A stretch of 64,000 nt of DNA from assembly GCA_964016885.1 (NCBI GenBank), contig OZ024743.1:272056001-272120000 (forward strand), read 5' to 3'. Position 1 is the first letter of the stretch. Each line of letters starts with the position of its first letter. Of the stretch, positions 40,681-51,574 are shown one piece after another. This DNA comes from Eledone cirrhosa. Lineage: Eukaryota. The notes below the pieces were generated by a model that was given only the letters and a program-made list of their open reading frames with translations, was not told the DNA's origin and searched no databases. The position numbers were made by a program, and so were the translations under genes.

Positions 40681-41242
40681 ACAAAGCCAGTCCCACTCTC
40701 TTAACCAAGATGATATTTACCAAAAAGAAGAACAAGTCAACATCATTGGATACCATCAGGGTTGCAGGTGTTATATCAGAGTTTTCCTTCTCCTAGAATT
40801 CTGCCTTGACAAAGGCTAAGGGGTCATCTCTCCCGTATAGATATATACAGACATATGTACACACACAAACACATATATGTATTATATATTTATATTTATG
40901 CATACATGCTTAGTCTTAGTCTTAGATTCTTCCGTGCCGTTCGGCGCATCGAGCAGTAGGTACTCGCCAACGGTCACGATCAGCGGCAACTTTTTTGAGA
41001 CCGTGCCAGGTGATATTGGCTTCCATCTTAAAGAAAAAGCACCTAGTTCACCCTGTTACATGACTGGCATTTGGAAGGGCATCCAGCCATATAAACAAAG
41101 CCAGTCCCACTCTCTTAACCAAGATGATATTTACCAAAAAGAACAAGTCAACATCATTGGATACCATCAGAGTTGCAGGTGTTATATCAGAGTTTTCCTT
41201 CTAGAATTCTGCCTTGACAAAGGCTAAGGGGTCATCTCTCCC
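40681..41242 (+). repeat. ~150-bp direct repeat (40681-40834 and 41095-41242)
   Basis: ACAAAGCCAGTCCCACTCTCTTAACC...GGGTCATCTCTCCC occurs twice, with two 3-bp indels and one substitution. Confidence 0.9.
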
Positions 41243-41399
41243 AGTGATTTTGGATGGCCATTGACACTTAATAGCTCCTTTGCCCTTTGACAGGTTTTGT
41301 TTTTAGTCCTGCAGGATGTCCAAAGTCACCCTCCTCACCAAGAAACCTTGGTGGGGTTGCCAGTTTAGTCGCCAACGACCCGATCATGAGACAGGTTGT

Positions 41400-41770
41400 A
41401 CTGGTGGTGGTGGTGGCAGCGGCAGCGATGATAAAGATGGTCATGAAGATTATGATGTCTATGTTGATAACAATGATGATGATGGTTATGATGGTGATAA
41501 TGCTGATGATGATGATGATGAGTGTTCATAATAATGATGGTGGTGGTGGCAATGATGATGATGATTGTGATGGTGGTGGTGGCAATGATGGTGATGATGA
41601 GAAAATTAATAATGATGATGGTGGTGATGATGACGATGATGAGTATCTTATCTTCATAACAATCATGATGATGATGATGATGAAGTTCATAGCAATGATA
41701 CAGACCAACACCCATCACCACACCACCCTACCAGCAATCACCATGACAACGATAATGATGATAAGAAAGT
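41400..41770. repeat. Degenerate (GAT/GGT)n trinucleotide tract
   Basis: Low complexity. The ORFs over it are poly-M/D/H artefacts. Confidence 0.85.
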
Positions 41771-42022
41771 CTACTTATAGAAAAATGACCTAGGGCTAAA
41801 AAAAAGAGAAAAAAAAAAGAACCCCTCGTACCAACAACAAAATATAATTATACTAAGTGTGGACCCACTTAAAGTGGTCATCCTATCAGATTCTATACAA
41901 TGTCCCCTACTAAGCCATTCAGCATCTTATATATATATGTATACATACACGCGCACACATCTACATATGTGTGTGCACGTATATATATACGCACATATAT
42001 ATATACACATATATACATACAT

Positions 42023-44999
42023 AATGGTCACGTTGGACAACATTGTGACGGCTACGACGAAATCCATGGAGGCTATGGGTTTGGCACTAGAAATGAGGAA
42101 GGCTCCAGAGTCCTGGAATTCTGTGATGCAAATAACCTAACTATCTGTAACACTAACTTCAAAAAACGTGACAATCACCTGATCACCTATAGATCCGGGG
42201 AACACACAAGCCAGGTAGATTATATCCTTACCAGAAGACGTGACAGAGTGTCTGTTGTAAACACTAAATTCCTCCCCCATGAAGAATGCACCTCCCAACA
42301 TAGACTGATAATTAGCGACCTCATAGTCAGGACGAGACGTACTCGACAGCAGAAGAGGACTATCCTCAGGAGAAAAATATGGAAGCTAAAGGACCCCACA
42401 GCCAAAAATAAATTTCAAAACATATTACTTGATGCTTTCGACAGTAAGGAAGAACATTTAGAGTCGGACAATATAGAGGGACAGTGGGAATTTCTGAAAG
42501 CAAACCTGCTGTTGGCGACAGACGAAGTCTGTGGCTGGAGCAGGCCTGTAGGCAGGAGGAGAGTAACATGGTGGTGGAACAGTAAGGTGGAGGGGTCAAT
42601 TAAGGCCAAAAAGCAGGCTTGGAAAGTATGGCAGGATGGGGGAAGTAGAGTAGACTATCAAGTGGCCAGGAGGGAAGCTAGGAGACAAGTGTACTTAGCA
42701 AGAAGGGAAGCTGAGGAAAGAAAGTTCAAGCATGTCCTACAACGCGATGACCAAAAACGTGAGGTGTTCAGGATTGCTAGGCAATGCGTCAAGGAAAACC
42801 GTGATATTGTCGGGGAGAAGTGTGTACTTAACGATGATGGCATACTTGCCATCACCGACACTGATAAGAAGGTAGCTTGGAAGTGTCACTATGAAAGGCT
42901 ACTAAATGAGGAGAATAAATGGGAGAAAGACAGTCTCCCCCATATCGACCCAATAGAGGGACCAGCAGTGTTAGTCGAGGGGAGTATAATAAGTAAGGCA
43001 ATCAAGGATATGAAGACAGGTAAGGCAGCTGGGCCTTCGGAAATAGTTGCTGAGATGCTGAAGGCATCTGGCACGGTGGGACACACCATGGTCACTCGCA
43101 TAGTTAATCATGTCGTACAGAATGGGGTTGTTCCGAAGGACTGGCATAGCAGCATCATCGTTAACTGTTATAAGGGTAAAGGAGACACCCTAGATAGGAG
43201 TAACTATAGAGGCATTAAATTAATCGACCAGGTCATGAAGGTCACGGAAAAAGTAATAGCGCAACTAATCAGAGAGAGAATTGACCTAGATGAAATGCAG
43301 TTCGGGTTTGTGTCAGGCAAAAGTACCACAGACGCTCTTTTCATAGTACGACAACTACAGGAGAAGTTCCTAGCTAAAGGTAAACCCCTCTACTTAGCTT
43401 TTGTCGACTTGGAGAAAGCCTTCGACAGAGTCCCCCGCTCCATTATCTGGTGGGCTCTTAGAAAACTAGGCGTTGACGAATGGCTTGTGAGGGCTATACA
43501 AGCCATGTATAAAGAAACAGTCAGCAAGGTTAGAATTAACAACGAATATAGTGAAGAGTTTAGCGTAAAAGTTGGCGTCCATCAGGGCTCTGTTCTCAGC
43601 CCCCTACTATTTATTATTGCCCTTCAGGCTATAACAGAGGAGTTCAAGACAGGCTGCCCATGGGAACTCCTATACGCAGACGACCTGACACTCATAGCGG
43701 AATCAATGGCCGAGCTAGAGAAGAAATTCCAAACATGGAAGCACGGCCTAGAGTCAAAAGGACTTAAAATTAACCTGGCTAAGACCAAAGTTCTAGTTTG
43801 TAGGAAAGAAAACAAGGCGGCGGTCCCTTCTGGGAAATGGTCGTGCTCGGTGTGTAGGAAAGGCGTAGGTAGAAACTCCATTTTATGTCCTAAATGCAAA
43901 GTATGGGTGCATAAAAGATGTAGTGGGATCACAGGTAAGCTAACTAAGAACATAGATTTTACATGTGGCCGGTGTTCTGGTGCAATAAGTAGCAGCAAGT
44001 GCCCACAAAATACTAGCTCTTTCAATTGCGCAGAGGGTTCTATAGAAATAGTGGACAGCTTCCGTTACCTGGGCGATAAAATCAGCAGTGGGGGGAGGGT
44101 GCTCTGAAAGTACTGTAGCTAGAGTCAGAACTGGTTGGAAAAAGTTCAGGGAGCTTATACCACTATTAGCTGCTAAAGGGTTCTCCCTAAAAATGAAAGG
44201 CAGGTTGTACGATGCCTGCATACGAACAGCAATGTTGCATGGCAGTGAGACCTGGGCATTGTGTGCAGAGGATATACGCAGACTAGAGAGGAACGAAGCT
44301 TGCATGCTCCGCTGGATGTGTAACAGTAATATACGTGAACGGCAAAGCATAAACGAACTAAGGAAAAAATTAGAGATAAGAGGGATCAGATGTTGTCTAC
44401 TCGAGAGAAGGCTACGTTGGTATGGACACGTGATGCGCATGAAAGTCGATAGCTGTATAACAAAGTGCAGGGCAATAAAGATAGACGGTAGCCACGGAAT
44501 AGGCAGACCTAGAAAACCTGGGACGAGCTGATAAACTCCGACCTCACACACTTACACCTCTCCAAGACAATGTCACTGGACCGAGACCTTTGGCGGTACT
44601 CAGTAACAGAGAAGACCCGCCTTGCCAGTAGGCATCTCTAACAAAATACACCCCGTCCCGCCACCACCCCCACCCATCCACACCACCCCGTCCTATGTAA
44701 AGTTATGTTGGTGCCGCGCCATCCAGGCCGAAACAAATGAGATCGTGTAAGTGTCACGACAAAAAAACACACAGTCCACGCTGTAATGTGGCCGTGTAGG
44801 CAACACGGTAAAAACCTCCCAGACCCACACTGTAAATGTGGTTGGTGTTAGGAAGGGCATCCAACTGTAGAAAACCTGCCAGACAGTCCTATGCGAGCAA
44901 GACAATCACTCTTGCCTCAAGTGGGACTACCCCCGTCCAAACCCATGCAAGCGTGGAACACGGACGTTAAACGTTGATGATGATGATGATGATGATGAT
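42023..44999 (+). mobile_element. Young 5'-truncated RTE LINE (part of EN, RT, PHD-type finger), frameshifted
   Basis: ORF 41900-44107 is LINE-derived from NGHVG onward, with QFGF, FVDLEKAFD, QGSVLSP and YADD. A frameshift in the G-run at ~44090 continues into ORF 44088-44531. Ends in a (GAT)n tail. Confidence 0.96.
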
Positions 45000-45254
45000 A
45001 CACACACATATATATGTATATATACACATATATAAACATATATATATGTACACATATATATACATACAGAGAGACAGATGTATGTGTATATGTGTGTATA
45101 TAGACAGTGTATTCAAACAAATGTCGGACACAAGCTGCACCCATCCAATCCGGAGTATATATATATACACATATATATATGTACATACACATATATATAC
45201 ACACATATATATATATACACACACCACGTATACATACACACATACATATATATA

Positions 45255-45655
45255 TAATAATAATAATGAAATTATTGTGTAAATTCCTCAGGTGCATGTA
45301 TAGTACATAGAATAATACACAAATGTCAGGGAAGTGAATAGTGTATGAGTCATGGTATACATGTGTGTATGTGTATGGAGGGGGAACATTAGGTGTAGTG
45401 TTGGCGGATCTCGGGAAGCATGGAGGCCTTAAAGGATTCAGTGTCTCGACAGCTAACAACTGATGCAGGTAGTTTGTTCCATGCTTCAGCAACTCTGAGC
45501 GTGAAAAAATGTTTCCGAATGTCATGGGAACTGTGCTGTTTTCTGACTGTGGACATGTCCACGTGTGTTAGACACATGGAAATCAAAAAGGTGCTCAGGG
45601 TTGTTGTTGGCAGGATGGTTAACAATTTTGTGGGTGTTTACCAAGTCAGTTGCCA
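45255..45655 (-). mobile_element. CR1-type LINE 3' fragment
   Basis: [19 protein letters not shown] and a (TTA)n tail. Homologous to 51703-52140. Confidence 0.9.
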
Positions 45656-45778
45656 CATATATATATATACATACATACATATATACACACACATATACAC
45701 ACATATACATATATACATACATATATATACATACACACATATATACATACATATATATATACATATACATACATACCC

Positions 45779-45811
<33 letters not shown>

Positions 45812-45852
45812 CACGCATATACACATACATATATATATATATATATATACAC

Positions 45853-45901
<49 letters not shown>

Positions 45902-45970
45902 TATATATATATATATATGAAATGATTGAAATGATTTATTTACATCTACATTTATGATTGATATACATAT

Positions 45971-46011
<41 letters not shown>

Positions 46012-46275
46012 CATATATATATATAGACAGATGATAGATAGATAGATACATACATACATACACACATATGTATATATTTATATACGTACACACACACACA
46101 CACATACACACACACACATATATATATTCTAGATTAAATGTACACCCTGCATTCGACACCCGGTTGAATACAATCTCTCTCTCTCTATATATATATATAC
46201 ACATATATCAAACCCATGCAAGGTTGGAAGATGGACGTTAAACGATGATGATGATGATGATGATACAAATATACA

Positions 46276-46321
<46 letters not shown>

Positions 46322-46669
46322 CACACATATATACACACATACATATATATATATATAGCCAGTAAGCCAACCATACCTATACTACATCAACAACACTAGT
46401 ACGTGCTTGACAGTGAAACAACCAATGCACAGGGCTGTTTCGGTTGCTAAAGTACTGTTGCTCTCTTTCCAGTGGCTGTACACATGCATACACACATATA
46501 TACACATATATACATACACATATACACATGTATATACATACACATACAGATACACACATATATACCCATGTATATATACACGCATATATACACATATATA
46601 CATACATATATATATATACATGCATGTATGCACACACACACGCGCACACACATATATATATATATATAT

Positions 46670-46980
46670 GGAGGCACATGGCTTAGTGGTTAGAGCATTG
46701 GTCTTGCAATCGAAAGGTTGTGAGTTCAATTCTCAGACCGGGTGATGTGTTGTTTCCTTGAGCAAGACACTTTATTTCACATTGCTCCAGTTTACTCAGC
46801 TGTAGTCCCTATCATTCCACTGCAAAGTGGTCGTGGAGGTGCCACTGCAAAAAAGCACCCAGCACTCACTGTAAATGAGGTTGGTGGTAGGAAGGGCATC
46901 CAGCTGTAGAAATCAAGCCAGCATTAGTTCCCGTCCCACCCTTGCAAGCAGGGAAAAAGTGGACGTAAAATGATGATGAT
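46670..46980 (+). mobile_element. CORE-type tRNA-SINE family A (short internal deletion)
   Basis: Near-identical to the 35459 copy. Confidence 0.9.
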
Positions 46981-47024
46981 ATATATATATATACACACAC
47001 ATGCATGCACATATATATGCACAT

Positions 47025-47607
47025 ATCATCATCATCATCGTTTAACGTCCATCTTCCACGCTTGCATGGGTTTGGACGGGAGTTTTCCCACTTGAGGCAA
47101 GAGTGGTTGTCTTGCTCGCATAGGACTGTCTGGCGGGTTTTCTACAGCTGGATGCCCTTCCTAACACCAACCACGTTTACAGTGTGGACTGGGAGGTTTT
47201 TACTGTGTTACCTACACGGCCACATTACAGCGTGGACTGTGTTTTTTTGTCGTGACACCTACACGACCTCAGTTGTTTCGGACTGGATGTTGTGGTACCA
47301 ACATAACTTTACATTGAAAGAGGTGGTGTGGATGGGGTGGGGGTAGTAGGATGGGGGGTGTATTTTTGTTAGAGGTGCCTACTGACTGTAGTAGGTTTCA
47401 CTTTGTACTTAGGTAAGGCGGGTCTTCTGTATTACTGAGTACCGCCAAAGATCTCGGTCCAGTGACATTGTCTTGGAGGTGTAAGTGTGTGAGGTCGGAA
47501 TTTATCAAGTCGTCCCAGGTTTTTCTGGGTCTGCCTACTCCGTGGCTACCGTCTATTTTTATTGCCCTGCACTTTTTTATACAGCTGTCGTCTTTCATGT
47601 GCATCAC
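47025..47607 (-). mobile_element. RTE 3' fragment, same subfamily as 42023-44999
   Basis: MKDDSCIKKCRAIKIDGSHGVGRPRKTWDDLINSDL plus a matching 3'UTR. Confidence 0.92.
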
Positions 47608-47664
47608 ACATATATATGTATACGCATATATATATACACCTACATATACATACACATACATATA

Positions 47665-47702
<38 letters not shown>

Positions 47703-47789
47703 CATACATACACACATATACACACATGCATATATAAACATTGCATGTGCCAAAATTAGAAACAATTATTAGAAGCTGACGAAGGAATT

Positions 47790-47998
47790 TAAAAATTGAA
47801 TTGAATTAGTAGTAACTTCTCCATGTTTCTTTACTACAGAAAATAGTTTAATAACAACAAAGCTTATAAACCCTAATGGGAATCAGGTGTGGGTTTGATT
47901 CCCATTTTTTCTGTTCTAAGGGCTTATATGTTCTGTTATTATTAGACTATTTTCTGTAGTAAAGAAATAAAAAGTTACTACTAATTCAATTCATTTTA
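47790..47998. repeat. Fold-back/MITE-like element (~210 bp)
   Basis: Nested inverted blocks GAATTGAATTAGTAGTAACTT, TTTCTTTACTACAGAAAATAGT and AATGGGAATCA, each followed by its reverse complement in mirror order. Confidence 0.85.
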
Positions 47999-48237
47999 CA
48001 CACATGCAAAAACATACACACACCCACGCGCATACACACACACACATATATATATATACACATAGAAAATGTCAGAATCCCAAATACAGAAAATAACCAT
48101 AGTCGATTGCTATAATTAATAGCTTAGAATATATATATATATATATATAGGTATTAGAGATGCAAATTAATTGCGTCTGTAGGCAGTATGCCAAGATGTG
48201 CGCTCGATGCTTGTGGGGAGCAGAGTATCAATAGTAT

Positions 48238-48325
48238 TATATAAGGGAACAAAGAATCAGTGTTGCATCATATATTTAATTACATATCTATATGATGCAA
48301 CACTGATTCTTTGTTCCCTTATATA
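48238..48325. repeat. Perfect 37-bp inverted repeat with 14-nt spacer
   Basis: TATATAAGGGAACAAAGAATCAGTGTTGCATCATATA and its exact reverse complement. Confidence 0.95.
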
Positions 48326-48716
48326 TTATTATTATTATATATATATATATATTGTGTGTGTGTGTATGTCCTTTTCTGTGTGTTTGTGTTTATTTCCCGT
48401 AACTTAGACGTTTAACAAAATGAGATTAATATGATCGATTAACTCCCTTTGAAGCAGTACTTCAGTAAGAGTATATTGAATTAGTACTTATAGACACAGT
48501 TACATGTATTTTAGAGCAATGCTAGAAATATATTCTGATAGGAACTTCGCATATACTTTCTCCATTTTATGTCTGATTTTGCATGTTGTGATGAGTGGGA
48601 TGAAACTCTAACCTCATGCCTAGAAATATAATGAGGTACTTGCTGTAGATGTGAATTTATCATGTTTTAGTCTAGTGCCCAGTAAATTTATCTATGTTCT
48701 CCTTCTTTTTATTTAG

Positions 48717-48886
48717 GGAGGACGTAAAGTTGTGTGTGGCACTGGAGAAGGAGTGTTGAATTTGTTCAATTGGAGCGAGTTTGGAAATCTGTGTGATCGA
48801 TTCCCTGGTCATCCAATGTCCATTGATTGCATCTGTCCTATAAATGATGACATAATTTGTACCGGTTCACTGGATGGCGCTGTCAG
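48717..48886 (+). CDS. WDR55: WDR55 exon 6 (absent from the ORF track)
   Basis: TTTAG acceptor, GGRKVVCGTGEGVLNLFNWSEFGNLCDRFPGHPMSIDCICPINDDIICTGSLDGAV(R), GTAAGT donor, phases 0/2. Confidence 0.96.
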
Positions 48887-49626
48887 GTAAGTTTGTCTAA
48901 TTTATTGCCTTGGGTCTCTATAGACATCTCACGATCTTTTAAAAATAGCAGAAACATTTTCCTTAAATAACACCCTTCCATTTAAACAATGGAGTGAAAT
49001 ATTAAATAACTTGAGTGTGACCTATCACATGATGTGTAATTTAGGTAATATACTGTTGCCACTGTGGCTAACATCAGATAATGTTAGCTAGGCAAAATAA
49101 TTATAAGTTCATGGTGCTTATACAAAATAATGAAATGAATACTAATTTTGTAAATAAAAATATTTATTAACTTATAATGAGATTTAAAGAATAACAAATT
49201 TCTCATTTGTATATTTGAAATAAATATATAGTGGCATCAAATTAGCAGTTATTTGAATGTCAGGTAGAATTCTTTGTAGTATTTGTTCTGGTTCTCTGAA
49301 TTCAAATTTGTCTGAGGTCAACTTTGCTTTTTATTATTTTGAGTTTGATACAAAAAGTACCAGTCCAGTACTGGGAATGATTCTTTCTCTATATCTCCTC
49401 ACTTCCTCTGTCATTCTCTCTCCTCAGGTAGAAATCGGCTGTGTTTAGACACATTGTATGTCATGACAGTACCTGGGTCCATACATACAATAAATATATG
49501 TTAATAAAAATAATATTCTGATAGCTATAGTTTCACTACAAATGTTAAAAACTCTAATATTTATATAAATGAAAATAGATAATTCATTCATTCAAACACT
49601 ATTAGCACTTTCTTTTTATTTACACA

Positions 49627-51130
49627 CATCATCATCATCATTGTTTATGTCCGTTTTTCCACACTTGCATGGGTTTGCTTGGGCCCTTCTCAGCACAGCA
49701 TCTCAACACTCGATGCATTCTTTCATCATCTCCTTTGTGAATCTCAGCGATTTTGGGTCAGCTTTCACCTCTGTCCAGGTCTTTCTTGGTCTAACTCTAC
49801 TGTGGCATCCTTCCACTGACATTTCCTGACACTTCTTCACCTAACAATTATTGTCCATGTGCATCACATGTCCAAACCAACGCAGTCTTCTTTCATGCAC
49901 ACCATCTCAGATTCTTCTTAAACCCAGCTTCTCCCTCAACTTGTCCGAACTCTTGTCTTTCTCTCATACTTACATTGCACATCCATCAAAGCATGGTTGC
50001 TTCATTTCTCTCCAGTTCATACATGTCCTCTGCAGTCACAGCCCATGTTTCACTACCATGCAGCATCACACTTCGCGCACAGGCATCATACAACCATCCT
50101 TTTGTACATAGGGAGAAACCTTTAGTGGTCAACAGTGGGAGTAGCTCTCTAAATGTTTCCATCCTTTCCTTATTCTAGCTATTATGCTCTCAGAGCGCCC
50201 TTCTCCGTTGCTAATTAAGTTGCCTAAATAGAAGCTATCAACCACTTCTATGGGCACTTCCTGTGACTGGAAAAGGTTTACATCACTGGCACTCATCCCC
50301 TTGATTATCTGTGTGCATCTTTTACATACAAAATCTTCCCTTCCTGTTAGTCTACTTGTTATCCCACTACATCTCCTGTGTACATCGTATGGAGTTTATG
50401 CCTACTCCCTTTCTACATATTGAGTAAGGCCACTTTCTCTCTTACTCACTACCACTTTAGTTTTGGCTAAGTTTACTCTTAGACCTTTTGATTCAAAATT
50501 CTGTTTCCATAGTTGGAACTTATTTTCTAGTTCTATAATGAATTCAGCTATAAGGGCCGGATGATCTGCATAGAGAAGTTCCCATGGGAAGCTTAAACTC
50601 GTCTGTTATAGGCTGGAGAACTATAATGAATAGTAGTGGGCTAAGAACCAAATGCTGATGAACTCCTACCTATACCTTGAATTCCTCACTAAACTCACTT
50701 CCTATTCTCACTCTGTTGACAGCTTCTCTGTTCATGGCTTGCACTGCTCTCACTAGTCATTCTTCTTCACCTAATTTCCTTAAGGACCACCAGATAATAG
50801 ATTGAGGTACTCTGTTAAAGCCCTTTTCTAGATCAATGAAAGCTAGGTATAGAGGCTTACTTTTGGCTAGGAACTTCTCTTGTAGTTGCCTCACTAAAAA
50901 GAGGGCATCTGTAGTACTTTTCTCAGGCATGAAACTAAACAGCATCTTGTCTAATTTGACTGTTTCTCCAATTAGTTGCCCTATAACTTTTTCCATCACT
51001 TTCATAACTCTACAGTTGCTCCTTTCTAGAGCATAACTGTTGCCCTTGTAGCAATTTATGATTGTACTACTGCACCAGTCATTGGGTATGAGACCATCCC
51101 ATATTACCTGATTGACTGTGTGGGTTACTA
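49627..51130 (-). mobile_element. Decayed RTE LINE (family B-like), RT to 3' end
   Basis: KSTTDALFLVRQLQEKFLAK..LAFIDLEK.F.RVP and PWELLYADH, with a short 3'UTR and tail. Confidence 0.88.
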
Positions 51131-51131
51131 G

Positions 51132-51196
<65 letters not shown>

Positions 51197-51574
51197 CACT
51201 CACCTTACCAGTATGAACTTCCCAGATGTTACTGAGGGTGAACTCTTCTACCCTTACTGTAAACTAGAAACATCCATAGACAATGAAACCACTCAAAGGT
51301 TATTACCAACAATCTAGTTAAAACCATCTCCCTATGAATTTCCTACATATTTTCTAACAAACAGATTTTTAGTGAGCATACCCCTTACTACAATGTGGCC
51401 CTCAACCAGAGTGGATTTAATGAGCAATTAACATACCTCCCTTCAAACAATAGCTTATATGCTTTTTCCATGCTTGCATGGATTGGGATGAGACTTTTGT
51501 GGCAGGTTTTCTACATCTGGGTATCCTTCTTGATGCTAATTCATATCTTAAATTTTATTTTTAAGTATGGTATA

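Noticed and set aside
41287-41793. Met/Asp/His-rich ORFs
   Set aside because: Translations of a (GAT/GGT)n microsatellite.
47776-47800. CTGACGA...GAA as a hammerhead core
   Set aside because: No GAAA-N-UH, no closing helix II pair and no helix I.
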